A DNA stretch of 64,000 nt from Tricharina praecox (GCF_024521635.1 NW_026250406.1:868001-932000); one strand, 5' to 3'. Positions 26,479 to 40,846 are shown, numbered from the stretch's first letter. Notes: a model not told the origin generated them from the sequence alone. Numbers and translations: made by a program.

Positions 26479-27408
26479 CGCGAGGGTGGTGGGGGGTGGT
26501 GGGCGGCAATAGAGGCGGCAACTGGGTGAGGTGGTGCGACAGTGAAGCAGTGGGGAGGCGCGGAGCGGCAACGGTAACGGATATGAGGAGGTGGATGGAA
26601 TCCGGCGAATGTTGTGCGGTGCTTGCAGACTCCAGAGTCGCAGGTACTCACATGCTGTAGCAGTCTAACTAACCTCTAGTTAGTGTGGCAGCTACTATTT
26701 CCGGTGATGACCTCATGATTTCCATGGTTTCGTCTGGCTGGGACCGCGGCCGGGTCGAGTGCTTGGCGCCTCACCACGGCCAACTTCAAAAGTTGGCCAC
26801 CGGCCAGCTCGACGATTTTGACAACACACACGCAGAGGGATCGTCGTCGCTACCTATCCGAGACACAAGAAAGAACGGTCTAGAGTAGGCAAAAAATCCC
26901 AGCAGAATTACAGAAACGTTCACAGTACGGATTTTGTCAAGCGCTCAAGAAGCTGCAATTAAGGGCGATGGTGGTAATTACAGCAGCTCCCAAACAACCG
27001 CAAACAACCGCAAGCAAGCAAAACAGATGACCCACGTAAATGACCGAAACAATTTCTTTAGGTAGTATGGTATAACTTCTCCCCTTCAAACCCAACGCCA
27101 AAACATCGTGTACAAAAACCTCATGACCAACAATATGACCGAGCGAGCTATCTGAGTTCTGAAAAGAAAGAAAGAAAAGAAAGAAAGAAAAGAAAGAAAG
27201 AAAGAAAGAACAGAAACACAGAAGATATCCCAAACAAAGTCTTTAATGCATGAAAGAAAGAAAGAAGGAAAATAGTCGTAAATCGTCATCGTAAACTCAT
27301 ATTATAACAGCGTGAGTCCGCAACAATATGCCCCCCCCAAAAAGTGTCCATCCTGAACAAGAAGAAAAAAAACCCCTCCCCAAACAAACCGGGTCTTGAG
27401 AAAGCCGT

Positions 27409-28703
27409 TTAATGGTAGTAGCGGCGGCGCGGGGCAGATTCCCGGCCGTAGTTGCTGGCAGACTCGATGATGATTTCGGTGCGCGTGTCGGACTGGTCGA
27501 TGACACGGGGAGCCTCCATCCGTTCGATGCGTTCGATCCTTTCCATGCGGTCGACACGGTCGTGACGGTCGAGGCCGTACTGGGAGCCGCCAGCAATGGA
27601 CTGGTACTCGAGATCACGGACGCGTTCTGCGGACGATGTTAGTACATGTAAATCCTACGACTTAGGAGGCAGGAACGTACCACGACGGATATCCTCGGTC
27701 AGCTCCCGCAGCTCGGCAATCTGCTCCCTGTCCAGGTACTCAAAGATGTAGTAGAAGTAATCGGTCTCCTCGTACTGGTATCCGCAGTCCTCGATCGCCT
27801 CTCTTGTGATGAGGTCCTTCGTGATTTCGGTCCACAGCTCGTTGCCCAGGCCACGAGAGCGGCGTACACCACGCTCCTTTCGCCAATCAACGCCCGACTG
27901 GCCCGAAACCGACTTAGAGTATTCACGAGTTTCGCGAGTCTCACGAGTATCGCGAAGAGAAGAAGCGGGACCCTTCTCGACGTTGACGTACACCCTTTGT
28001 GTTCCGGCGGGCACATCGATGACGGTCAAGTCGTCGGCAATGTCGGGGTAACCGCCCAGATCGACCTCGGAGCGGGTGTAACGAGTGCGCTCGACCGAGC
28101 CGGTCTCGCCCCTGTGGCGGTGACGGTGGCGGTGACGCCGAGTGCGGGTTGATGGCGTGTGATCGTGGGTGTGCGAAATGGTAGTGACGGCAGTGCCGTT
28201 GGCGTAACGGCGCTCACGGAGGTCCAGGTCATCGTAGGAGTACTCGCGGGCCATCCGTGGCCGCGAAGCCTCGGATCCAGCAACCGATACACGGGCCATA
28301 GCCAGCTGGCGGGCACTGATATCACCTATTTATCGTCAGTTTGAGGTCCCAGAGTAATCTAGATGGTTTAGGATGGATATGGTTGGATCGTACCGTGGTC
28401 GATGTGGTGGTGCAGATGGTGGTGCTCGTGCTCAATGACGGGCTCCTGGATTGGGACTGGAGACGGATCCCGATGGCGCTCATGCTCGCGGTGGCCGTGA
28501 TGGCTAGTAGTGGGGTGGATGATGCTCACAGCTGTGCGAGCAACGTTCGCCCCATAGTTGCCCCCGTAGCCCGGAGCGATGGTGGAGAGGCTGTTTGGGT
28601 TGAGTTGTGAGTCCATGTACGGATAGTCCTGCCCGGGAGATCGTCGTCCATACGACTGTCTCCCGTCCAGGTCGAGGGTGTTGTGATCGTGGTACCTTGC
28701 CAT
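27409..28703 (-). CDS. Conserved fungal hypothetical protein (Arg/His-rich, with a C-terminal WTEITKDL...EAIE...GY.YEET..FYYIFEYL domain); exons 28703-28394, 28325-27681, 27626-27409
   Basis: Two canonical introns join three ORF pieces in frame; HHHLHHHIDHG and WTEITKDL blocks are recognisable from fungal hypothetical proteins. Confidence 0.8.
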
Positions 28704-31700
28704 GATGTGTTTGGTGATGGAAAGAGAAGTGCGAGAGAGGAGGGCGAGCTTTCTGGAGGTAGAGAAGGCGGCGGGAAGCCTTTATGTAGTAGTGGTTGAT
28801 TATTGAGTGCCTGGTACCAACAGCCTTGTGGCAGGCGAGAAATTAAGGCGGGCAGATATGAGTCCTGCGGGATTTAGTGTTAGCTACTTTGGACTGTGCA
28901 TGCCGCCGACTGTATGCGGTGCGCTGGACGAGTCCCGCAGCGCGTGGGGCATGATTCGTTGTGAGTGGACGGGGGGTGACCAACCTTTGAAGCTCTGGAG
29001 CTCTGGGGCAGCAGCTAGTGAATGGCGGGCGGATTTGGATCGGAGGAAAGCTATGGGAATCGATATAGGTATCTCACTCTCACTCTCACGAGATCGGGCG
29101 TAAGACTGGATGGGAGGCGGACGGACGGACGGTGGAGGTGAATGCTGTGCTGATCTGAAATGCTTCTTCCGACAGCACTACCGCTCGGTTTATATATGTA
29201 TCGTACCAGCAGGGCCGATGCGACGCCCAGCAAGTAACTAAGGCCAGGTGGGGCGGTCAAGATCGACGACGTAACTACCAGAGCATTTCCTTGCTTTGGG
29301 CAGCGCAAATTCTGTTTCGAATTTCGCCGGTGCTCACCCCCTGGCCAACAGCTTCTCTTTCTCACAGCGGGCCACATGCCTGCGCTTGAGGGCGTGTTGG
29401 TGGAGGGAGGGCAGGAGGAGGGGTTGGCCGTGATGCAACACTGCAGGAGGGGTTGCGAACAGCTACAGGGGTGGCCATTTGGCCTGGTATGACGAAATGC
29501 GTCCTGACCCCTCCAGCGCTAGTTGCCGTAGTTACCTGAGTCCGGCCTCTCCCACCGACTTCTGCTCTGCGAGATCTGGAGTGACCGACGCCCTCCAAAA
29601 AACCAAGGCGCACCCACAACCCCGCCGCCCTTTCCATCCTCTCCCCTCCGTTGCGCCCCACTCACTCCCCTCACTCTCCTCACTCCCCTCGCTCCCTCCC
29701 TCCCGCTCTCCCTCCCTCCCTCCCCACCCACCCACCCACTATCACTCTACCCTCACTGATGTGCTCCTGCGGCGCCTGCCCGCTAAGCGAAACCGCCAAC
29801 TGTCCCAATGTCCCATACTCCCGGTGTCCCAGTGTCCCGTAGATACCCCAGCCAACTGTCCGCAGCCAAAAATACCTCCCCCCCCCCAGGCCCCTGTGCA
29901 CCTGCCACTGAAGTCCATTTCCCTGGCCAACCGCGCAACGTACCCGCCGCATACCGTACTTAGATTCTCGAAGATTCATAAAATGAGATCATGCCTAAAA
30001 TTTACATAAATACACAATACCAGGGGCGTGCGCGGCACAGAAGTGGAGGGATGGATGGTGGATGGATGGTTCGTGTGCGTTCCAGAAGGCTGGGTGGAGT
30101 CTTGATTCAAGCAAGCAGGAGTGCAACTTGCAACTTGCCAGCTCATCGCGAGGAGTTTCACCAGTGACCGTGTGTGCATACATACCAGTGATATGTACTT
30201 GTACATGCCACTTGACCCCAAATATACCCCGCTCCCGCGACTCCGCGACTCCGCGACTCTACATACATACGACTCTGCGACGGCGCGAGAGTCGAGAGAT
30301 GGGTACCCGCCGCCGTCCGGTAGGTAGAGTAGGCTGTGCTGAGGCAAGCTACTGATCTCTGGGTGCCTGCCTACTCCGCTCTACCGTAGAGTAGAGTACC
30401 GCTATGTACGGTAGATATGTGCAGGGGATTTCGAAAGTCAAGTGCACACTGCTCAGAAACCTGACGGATGGATATCATAAGTGACAGTTGTCTTTCGTTT
30501 GCAAACCTAGAGGCAGGCAGGTAGGTAGGTGGGTAAGTAGGAACTCGATGAACTCGATCTCTGTGGCATCATGCCTAGGTAAAGGATGGATTCTGCATGC
30601 CAGTACTTGGGTGTCCAATAATCGCGATCCACCGCAAATGATATCAGGTTCATGATTCATGAGCTCTCGATGTCGATGTGGATGTGGGAAACAAACGGCC
30701 TTCGTTGGCTGCAGCTGTACTGTACTGCATCTACATCGTCCTGCTGATTTGTTTCAACCGTACATTCCTAGGTGCTCGGTCCTGACCGCGTCATCTTGAG
30801 CACACCCTGAGATCACGGTAGGAAAAAAAAAAACAGTGCGAATCCACCGTTGGACTGGGGAGGGGGCGGCGGGGAGCCAATCACAACAGAAGTGATGTGT
30901 TTCCAGGTAGAGTAGGTATGGGTATGGGTATCCTCCGAGAAATCGAGGCGTCGTTGGGATAGGAAGCCAGTACCGGTGGTTACCTCCCCCCGCGGGCATC
31001 CCATGTTCTGCGGAATTCGCACACTCCACTTGACTTGCATTGTTATGGCATGGTATGGCTACATAATGTATGTATAGTGATCGCAAGCCCGGCACGATAC
31101 CGCACGCACTGCAAAATGCCCGTCTTGCATCACTTCCGTTGCCGTAGACGTTCGGTGCCACACGATATCCATATCGCACATATCTTACCTATCATCCGTC
31201 AGTCAAAGTTCCGGATCCCGACGATACGATACCTACGTCCAGATCTCTGGCTGTCAGTTTTGCGACATCCCGATCTGTCCCCCTCCCCGCCCCCGCCCAG
31301 CCTTCGGTAGCTTTTCGCCTCATTGCTTTTGATGTGATGAACGACGATGTCACGGACTCAAGGTGGTTGATGGTTGTGATGATCGGTACATCGGTACCTA
31401 GAGTATCGATCTTCAACCTCTAACTGTGTATGTAGAGGATGTGGAGGATGTGTAGTGGATGTACCGCTGTCAGAGTGTCAGAGCGCGGCTATCATGGACG
31501 TGCGAGCGAGCGAGCATGTCTATCGTACTCTAGATATCGCCCCACCTTGTTCCAACGTCGTCAACGTCCGTCTAGAGTAGGGTGGGGGTTTCAACTTTCC
31601 GTCCGAGCTCGTTTTGAAGCCTGGATTCTGGCATTGCTCCGGATTTTGGTTGTTTGACAATTCAACCATCCAACAGACAGCGTCACTACCCAAGGTACAT

Positions 31701-31851
31701 AGAGGGGAGAAAGGCCACGAGTGAGTCGGAGTGACCGTCCGCATCGCATCGGGCGGCCGTCCGAACCATGATGGACCATCTGAAGAAGTCACCCCTGCCA
31801 CCCCACTCCATGCTACTAACTAACGAGCAACTACGACTGCGATGACGTCAC

Positions 31852-32061
31852 TCACTCCGAAATCTGCAGAAGTCTGCAGTACAATACGTAGAGTACGAAG
31901 CATGAGTGGCGCAGGACTCCCGAACCTTCAGGCTTCTTCAACCCCTTGATCGCCCCGCAGCAGCAGTACCAGCAGCAGCACGCTGCATATCGGCTCTGAA
32001 ACGCGGCATCATCGGGAGATCGACTGGGGTTGTTTCTTTCTTTGTCTTCTTTATCTGTCAT
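31852..32061 (-). CDS. Possible 69-aa Cys-cluster microprotein (AACCCWYCCCG)
   Basis: ATG after a pyrimidine/CA-rich leader, TATTTAT about 190 bp upstream, same strand as the zinc-finger array; no homology evidence. Confidence 0.3.
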   Translation of the reverse strand: MTDKEDKERNNPSRSPDDAAFQSRYAACCCWYCCCGAIKGLKKPEGSGVLRHSCFVLYVLYCRLLQISE

Positions 32062-35000
32062 GGGATATGTATGATGGATGATGCGGGAGGTGGGAGAGGT
32101 GGGAGAGATTGGCTAAATTCTTGCCTCAGCTGCTGCTGCTGGGAATCACATGCGAGCTTGGAAGCTTGGGGAGTGTGATGGGCGCCCGGGAACTTGGGAG
32201 GAAGGGCTTCAGCCTTGCGGCGCGATAGGCTGTTATCGGAGATAAAGAAATAAATACGGCTACGGCTGGCCGTGCTATTCGGACTTGGTGATGAATGGTG
32301 ATGAATGGGGGCGGCGAAGCATCGATACAAGTGAAAGTAACAGCAAAGTCGAGTGATCGGGATCAAAGTGCGACCGCCCCATCCCGGTTCGATTTTGGGC
32401 GTGGTCCTTTGTTTTTCACCGGCGGCGGCCGCGGGACTCAACCGGGAACCCTAGTCACCGGTAGTCACTGGTAGCCACTGTGGGCTTCATCACCTGTCAC
32501 CCGTACCCGGCCGCATCTCTTGGTGCTTACAGTAACAAATTCTAATACGAGTAGGATAAATACTCGTATAGGTACGATATGGTGGGAGTTATATATCGTG
32601 ACCGTGTCAATATACCAGGAGATCAAGTCAACCTACTAGTAGAGGTGAGGGAGGGGATGGAAGGAAGGAAGTGCACTTCACTTCGTTTGTCACCCGAGCT
32701 GTCACAGTGTCACAGCGCTCGCTTGGTTCATACATACCGGTACATACTTCCTACGGTAACTCGCCGCGGAATGGACATGTATGTACTTTACTGAGGAGCC
32801 AGTCAGTGGCAGTGGCGATCTACCGCAGGCCCGGAACCGAGCCGAGTGAGTGGCTGACAGTTGTCGTCGTATCCACGACTTATATAATAGGTACACGTTG
32901 ACCAATTCGGACCACGTGACTGGCCGTCGTTCGCCAGTGAAGAAGAAGGAGGATGATGGATCGACTCATCTGAGTTGGAGTGTGGATCGAGCCTCCGCGA
33001 GGACGCGATGCGGGAGGGGGACAGTGGAACGACGGATGGTGGAAGATCTTCGGATAGTGTATGCCCCCCGGAAAAAAAACGAGGAAACGAGGAAACGAGG
33101 AAATGTATTCTTGCGCTGCACCACTCGGATATCACGAATCACGATGGTCCTTGACCTTGACGACCTCAGGAAGAGGCGGGCGAGCAGGCGTGTGGGCGGG
33201 CCGCGGATGCACGGTGTCATAGCGGAAGAGAGAGGGAGAGCGCCCGCCCGTTTCACTCGTCGCTTCACTTTACTAGCAGCGGATCAACTAGTCGGATGAA
33301 TCATTGCCATGAGACAGGTACCTACCGTACATAACAATGACCGAGCGCCGTTGACTACTCGTACAGTCCACGGAGCTGCCTTGAGGTTCATCGTGGCCCG
33401 TGGGCTCGATAGGTACCGTAGTCATCCCGTTGTGTGTTGTGTTCCTTGATGAGTGGGAATACGCGATGCGAGGGAGGGAGGATTGATCGGATCCCCATGA
33501 TCGGCCCTCGGGAGCTCTGGCAGCCAACGGCCCCCCTCCCAGCGACTTTTCACGAATCACCAGTCGTGTCTTCAAGGGGAGAAACTGAAACAAAACCTGC
33601 TTGACCGGGGCATGATGCTAAACAAACACCAGTAGCATACCTAGCATCGGTTCAGGTTCAGGTTCCGGATTAGGTTCAGGATCCTGCCGGCGTTCATGAC
33701 CAAAACACAACACAACAGTCAACTGCATCACAGGCGTCCGTTTCGTCCGTCATCACCACTGTCCTTGTCTATCGTGCAACACTTAGAACCAAGGAGGAGC
33801 CAGCAGCTCATCTCTGCCCACGGATCCGGAGGATCTACAGACTACAGATGCGTATTCCGAAATACCCACGGTATGGTTGTTTCCCTGGACCGCAACAGCA
33901 ATAACAAACAGCCCGGCTTTCCTGGGGTTTCCAGTCCGTTCGCCGACGCCGACGTCAACCTACGTCCGTACGCAATAATGACAGTGCACTGAAACGCGAT
34001 GGCGGGGGAGGGGGGTTGTGTATGGACGGATAAGGAAAGCTACAAAAAGCTGAATCTGGAGTTGGCTGGTACACACGAAAGCCTAGCACGGCGAAGTGAT
34101 GAAGCCTGTAGCTATGTACGATCTCCGAAAACCTGCTTGCGCTGGTTCTCGCCCTGGTGCGGCCCTGATTGCCACCAATGGTGGACGCTCATCGAAGACT
34201 CCCGAAACCACTAGACCAATGATCATCCTGAGACGGACGGACAGACAGAGCGTTACCGGACACGATGTAATCGGAGGCCTTGACGGGGGGTAGCGTCAGA
34301 ATGCGTGGAGTCTCTCGCGGCCCGGGGGGGGGGATTATGAGGAAACTTGAAAGTCCCTACCATGAGCTATGTGTGGCGGCCGGCCGACAACGCGACTATT
34401 ACTAGGAAGAAGACACGTATGTACTGAATGAAATACATTATAGAAGCCAGTGCTTCATGTAGGCTCACTTCAAGGAGAAGACAGGAGGGCGTTCAGAGTG
34501 CGGGAAAACCTAAGTACAAGACGCTCGGGCATTGGCTTTTTCACTTTCTTATGTACGGTCGACCTCCCAACGACCAGGAGAACAGCCCGGAGAACATCCA
34601 TATCACAAATTCCCGAATATCTACCTACACTGCACGTTGGGTCTCATCTCTTCCCGTCTGAATACTTCGGTTGGATGTGTACTCCCCAGACTGATGGCGG
34701 GGAGGTACACAGCCAACTACCTCAGGGTGGCTACGGGGGGCCCAGCTAGGCAGTAACAGCTCAGCAGCAAATCGATAGGCCCGATAGGCACATTATGATT
34801 GCGAAGCCACAGCTGCCAAGATGTCATCGTGACACGCCGGGATTACTCTGACCGCAGTGCGGGGACGTCAAGATCTTCGAGCGGACTGGTGACTGGTCAT
34901 CGCTGTCGGTATCACATAGGGATCCGGGTCTTCGGAAGCGAATCGAAGGCTGTAGAGAAGGAATACATGGTGCTACTGCGGGTACAAGAGCCAGATAAGA

Positions 35001-37021
35001 AGTTGACCAATTGATACCTACCCGTGACTAACCACGAACAGCACCACTGCAGTCACCTCGCAACTTCAGCTACATAAGCTTAAGGAAACGACAAGTGTGA
35101 CCATATCTTCGGCAGCAGTATGTATCATAGGTATTGTACATACGCTACGCATGTTAATGCGCGCATCTTCCGGGCGAGTGGTTTTTTCTTTTCTTTTCGT
35201 TAGCCTCGACTGTCAGGTGCGCCGAGCGAGTGATATCTGGTCCGAAGGCGCTGTGATTAGTCGATCGCTCCGAAACGTTAGCGTGAATGCCAACAAAGAG
35301 GATGTGCCTCCAATCTACACCTGCCTGGAGCCTTGTCCGCCCGTGCGCTTGCTGTGGTGACAGCGAAGCACGCGCTCGGGGGAAATATGTACTTACGTAC
35401 AGAGAGTATCATACCTGCCTGCCTGCGAAACTTCGTGTACGGTATTGGAATAGCTAGCAGAGACACGGCCTTTCGCAGCTGATTCGGGGGGTCGGGGGGC
35501 TAGAGCACGGTCGCTGGGCAGTGGGAATGCTTGTTTCTAGAAATTCCCCTGCAGGGACAACGCTTGATGGGTACAGGCTGTTAGCGAGCCCCCGGTAGCC
35601 CCCTTTCTCCATGTGTTCTGGATGTTCTTTTTTTGCTACGTTTATTAATACCCGACACATGTATACCCACATGCGGCAGGCTTCTAGAAGCAAGTACACG
35701 TCTTCGTTTGAGACAGAGTGCCCCGCCGAAGTCGCCTTTCCGTCCATCATGGGGGGAATGATGCGGTTGTCCGAAGGATCGGAACAGGGCAATGGGTGTA
35801 AGTACTGTAACAGCTGTCCGGTAGAAGGCATTATATAGTTTGGACAGTCTTCTCTGCATGATCCAGATCTCCGATGACCATCCCGTTCTGCACGTGGCGT
35901 GATCTGTGTAGTGCCGAGGAAAGGGTTCTTAAACCTCATGGCTCCCCACGGCCTTTGCGTCATTCGCGACTTCTTCTTTTTCGAAGCCTTTTCAAACACC
36001 CCCCCCCCTCCCAAGAACCCGGAGCCTCAGGCCTTGACCGCTCACCGCGAGTTTTCACTCCGGGCTGCTTACGGTGGCCTTTGTACAAGGAAGTATGTAC
36101 CCTTCGGGAAAAAAAACGCCTCACGGCCTCAGTCGCACGCACCCGGCCAGTGGCTAACTGCCCCGCAGAAAGTACCTAGATTCCGCATCAACACAACAAC
36201 ACCAAAGGCCGCCGCCGTCTCTGGCGCCCATCACTGAGGATAATCGCCACTGCCTTAACCGTTTTTCGGAGGCCGGGCTTTTCGATTTCGGATCCGCGAT
36301 TTCGTCGTGCGCACTCGACCCTAGCCCTGTGGGTGCAGCAGGCAGCCCAGCCACCTCGAAGACGACTGAGTGCACCAGTTGCACCCACAGTGATGCAAGC
36401 CACATAGATTCAGACTCCGCTCGAACTCTCAGAAGCACTTCACTTCAAGGCATCCACGACCACGGTGTACATCTCCGGGGCTTTGGAGATTAAAAACATC
36501 TGGCTGCTGGGCGGGCACTTTGGCTTCGCACTGACGCCATCCCCGTCGGCTATCTGTCATGGCCGCCTGTAATTGGTCGATTGAGCTTGGGCGGGTCGAC
36601 AGCACAGCAGAAGGGGGGGATATTGTTCCCAGGTCCGCAGGTCTGTCATGATGTCAATGCGTTGAAATGCCAATAAAAAACAAGTGCTGACGTGAAGCAG
36701 TGCAGTGTGAACATCAGGGAGAGATCGATAATAATTATTGCCCAACAAAAAATCCCCCCCGCCCCCCCATCCCCCTCCCAGAAAAGCAAACAAAGAAAAG
36801 AAATAAAGGAAAATACACCGTTGAGGAAACCAAGCTTCGCCCCGTCTAGCCACGCAACGCCATAACCCCCGGAGATCTGTGGAAGGAGAAGGAGAGAGAG
36901 ATCTAATAGAATGAACGCCGCAGAACACCAATGGCCTTTGGGCCAAATCCAAAGGCCGTTTTTAATTCCAAGCATCGGGGTTATCCCACCACCCCTCTCC
37001 TCAGATCAATCGTGGTGGCAG

Positions 37022-37279
37022 TTATTTGCGGAGGTACTGCTCGTCGGGAGTCTCGTGACGCTCGCAGTGGTCGCAGAACTCGTGGCCGCAGTCGTGGCAT
37101 TGGGTTTGTACGCTGAGGCACATGGGTGGTCCTCGGTTTCCGTCGCGGACACACACATGGCAGAACCAGATGTATTCCGGACCGCCGGGGGCGTCGAAGT
37201 TGCTGTGGGTGGCAGCCGGTCCGCCATATCCGCCGAGGGTGAAGCCCTGGGATTGATGCGAAGCGTGGTGAGAAGCCAT
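37022..37279 (-). CDS. Small putative double-zinc-finger protein, copy 1 (85 aa, intronless)
   Basis: MASHHASHQ...YIWFCHVCVRDGNRGPPMCLSVQTQCHDCGHEFCDHCERH; ACAATG start context; TATAAG at 37472-37467. Confidence 0.75.
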   Translation of the reverse strand: MASHHASHQSQGFTLGGYGGPAATHSNFDAPGGPEYIWFCHVCVRDGNRGPPMCLSVQTQCHDCGHEFCDHCERHETPDEQYLRK

Positions 37280-40200
37280 TGTGCTATGGAATGTATGTGT
37301 GGGAAGTTTGTTTTGCGGAGTGAAGGTGGTGTCTGTTTCCACAAAAGAAGTTAGTCTGTGAAGTGGAAGCCAGAGACCGCTCGGGAAACTTACTGGAGGG
37401 TTGGATGTGTTTGGGAATGCTCGCTTGAGTTGGTATGGGGATGGTATAGAGCATGGGCTTGGGAGTCTTATATTCAAATATACTAATACACGAAGCCTCG
37501 TTCTGATGGCACCGCCTAGTCTCGACATCATCGCACCGGCGGTGGGCAAGCACGGAGGCATACGGGATAGGAGGTGGAAGCGGTTGGCCGTCTCATTGTG
37601 GTCATCGAAGGCCGTAGTACACCTGGGTGACACATTTTCCAAACTACTCCTTCTACGATTTCACTGGTGAAGCTGCTGACGGAAGGTAAGATCGCGAACT
37701 TTTTGGGGAATGCAGTTCACTCAATCGTTCCCAACGGTGGGACATGTTGTTGTTGGGGGCAACCTCCGTCCTAGGCGGACTTCGGTATAAGCTACTCGCT
37801 GGGCTGCTATGCGCCTCCAACGGAACGCTTGCGGTGATTAGCAGCTAAGTAGACCCGCGTCATCCTCAAGCACTGACGTGCGGAGTGGCTTTCTAGCGAG
37901 CAGCGACTGTTTCAACGTCCACCGATGTGCTCAATCGATCGACCTTCAGATGTGTTCATTGGGGGAAGCGTGGAGTTCTCGGAAACTTATGGTACGGTTC
38001 GTGCACAGCATCCGTTGTTACTAACATTGCCTCGGGTAGCACGCCTATCGCGTTACGGGCCTTCTTTTGGAGTAGCATAGCGGACTCACTGACCTGACCT
38101 GATCCTTTTACCTCTCTCACGTGCAAGTTCTGATAGGTTCGTTGAAGCTATTACTCCTACAGTTATTCCTGTGTGCCAAACTAACGCAGTTCGCATAGAT
38201 TTGTTGAAGTAGCTCTGAGACTGGATGAGGTGGCTATCTCTTCCTCCTACTCCTCCTACCCCTCCTCCGTTTCATCATTTACAGACGTATGACCTGAGTG
38301 ACCGAGCATTGATAGGATTGAACATGCCCGGATCAACTCTGAATTGCACGAAGGATTTCTGCTTGATTCGTACCGCTTCGCTGCGCAGGGCCCCACATGG
38401 ACCCTGTTGGGCAGCAAGCGAACACTTTTCGGTTCCAATTGTGCAGCACTCCTGCTCACAGTAGTCACATCCATCAATGTCACCACGATCCACTGGGAAA
38501 GAGTGGTTCACCTGAGATATGCTATGAGTGAAACGTTCACGAGGAGCAGCCCGCGGATTGGAAAGGCTGTGGTCACATGTTGGGCCACGCTACGGGATAC
38601 AACTTCAGTGATCAATGGTAGTGCAGCTCGTATGGTTGCAAGTGTACGCCCCAACAGAAAGCGAGTCCGATGGCAGCTGAAGGAACCAAGTTCTCTGTAG
38701 GTTCAATGTCATTTAATCTCCCAGCCTGTGCAGCCAGCTAACCATCCGCCACTCGATATAGTCTTCGGTTCGGCACCCGAAAGACTCATGGATGATTGCA
38801 GTAGGGAGTATTGCATCAGCACCACCTGGCATTGTTCACTGGCTGTTATAAATACATATCATTCGACGGGAAAGGTTGGAGACGAACCGATCCGGCAAGG
38901 ATGGACAGGAATAAGCACAAAACTCAATCGCAGCCCGAAGTGCATCGGGGGGGCCGTTCATGGCTACTATAAGACCGTTAAGGCAGCATGGTATTGCGGT
39001 TGGAATTGCCAGCAATCGTCTACTGGGCGGAGTGATCTGTACGGCGGTATCTTATGGTCTCTCTACCCCCATTCCTCCAAAGTCTGAGCATCACCGCGAA
39101 CGGCAGAAAATGGGTGTACTCCCTAGGACGGCAATGGGTGGCAGGCTCGCTGGGAACCTACGGCCCTGGAGGAGATGTCCTAGCAAGCGAGAATCATCAT
39201 CATCGTGCCCCAGGTGGACGAGATCAAGATCTGCGGGTGAGCGGGGGGGAGGCGGCGTGATGGACCCACATGATCTGGGGTGGATCCAACCAAAAACCCC
39301 GTGGATAGATAGTATGCCCCTTCTGACAGGTTAAAGGTAGCTGGAGTCTGCTCTACCAAACATGCACGCCTTCGGCACTCCGAGGCGTATTCTCACTATT
39401 CGGCAGTGAGGGCAGATTTGACGCCGACGGGATTGTCTTTCTCACCGTTCAGGCTGTAAAAGCACATGCTAACTATGGCTTGGGCTGCATCGACCTTCAC
39501 ATAGATATCCGCGCGGGCAACTACGTACAGATTTTAAATTTTTTACCATGTTTCTGGCGTAAAATGGTAAGATTATACCCATAGTAATGCCAACACGTGT
39601 GGCAGGGTCAGCGATGTGTTGTCCTAAGGAGAGGGTCGAGGGTTTACCTTACGCCACCGCAGAGTGGAAACGACTCACCAGGCAGGCAGGCTAACCGACT
39701 TCGCCACAATGAGGCTAAATGTACGGTCCACGAGTGGAGAAAATACCCACGGTTTCAGAGTCCTCCTAAGGGAAATCCCGCCAGCCAAAGGCCAGAGCCT
39801 GAGGAAAAAAGAACAAGTGCCCCCCTCTGCAAACGAGAGTTGAGAAATCATGTGGGCGCACGAATTCGGAGGGGTGTTACCCCCTCCCCCCAGGCTGAAA
39901 TTTTCCACTTGCGGTTAGGTTAGCCCCTGCCACATTACATGCCTTCTGCCTTCTTCCTTCTTTTCTTCCTTGATCACCTCGACCTCGTTTTCTTTGCACG
40001 AAATGAAGCTATCGTAACCAAACCAAAAAGGGCAACGAGAACCGCAACACACGGATCCGGCAATTCGAAACGGAGATATAATCTTTATTTTCGCGCCGAT
40101 TTCATAAAGAAATAAAAAAGAAGACAAATTGTTTTTTTGGTCTTTTCCAACGGTCTTCGATCTTTGCAACTCGCCGCAACAGGAAAGCACAAGAAAGCAA

Positions 40201-40453
40201 GAAAGCCAGAAAACAAGAAAGCAAGAAAGCAAGAAAGCAAGTACTGGGCGGTCACCAATCATAAATCATAGAAAAAATATCGTTCTCGGTCATGCTGTCG
40301 TTGAATCGATCATGGTAGCCGGACGGTAACTGCAGCGATGTCACACGGCACCGGTCAGTTACAACTTCCAGGAATTGGCCATGCAATGGCAAAATATGGG
40401 GACGACGAACACGTGCTACGGTGCGGACGTACGTAGGTAGAGCTCGGGGCCTT

Positions 40454-40846
40454 CTACTCGCCAACATTCTTGCATACCTTGCAGACCTTGCACGGCTGGT
40501 GGTTGCCTATGTGCACCGACGGGCGTCAGTCAGATTGGTTCCTGTTCGTTATGGACTCCCACAGAGCTCGGTACATACACTCGGGGCACGACGGCTGGCG
40601 GTCGAAGTACCACGGCCCGGCGGAGTGGTTGACCATGCCGTCGGGATTATGGCAGATCCATGCTCCCTGCTGCTCGGACTGCTCGGAAGACCGTCGCTCA
40701 GACCGCTCAGACCGCTGGGGCACCGCGGCCACCGCTGAGGATGGCGTCGCGGCCGGGTGGGAGAGGATGTCGATCGTGAGGAATTTCTGGTGGAGTTAGC
40801 TGGTTGTTCGATGAGTAAAGGCTGGGCGGGGGCTCACTTTGTCCAT
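40454..40846 (-). CDS. Small putative double-zinc-finger protein, copy 2 (89 aa); exons 40846-40838, 40786-40579, 40506-40454
   Basis: Introns GTGAGC..CTAAC..CAG (51 nt) and GTATGT..CTGAC..TAG (72 nt); splicing removes a stop and completes WICHNPDGMVNHSAGPWYFDRQPSCPECNHQPCKVC; TATAAG at 41060-41055. Confidence 0.78.

Noticed and set aside
35454..36014. 186-aa minus-strand ORF inside the gene-poor interval
   Set aside because: No recognisable motif, and candidate splice signals did not yield a coherent model.
38275..38700. Cys-rich minus-strand fragments (GCDYCEQECC; CNHTSC) between copies 1 and 2
   Set aside because: Spacing does not fit the array motif, fragments are separated by a stop, and there is no convincing ATG or splice model.
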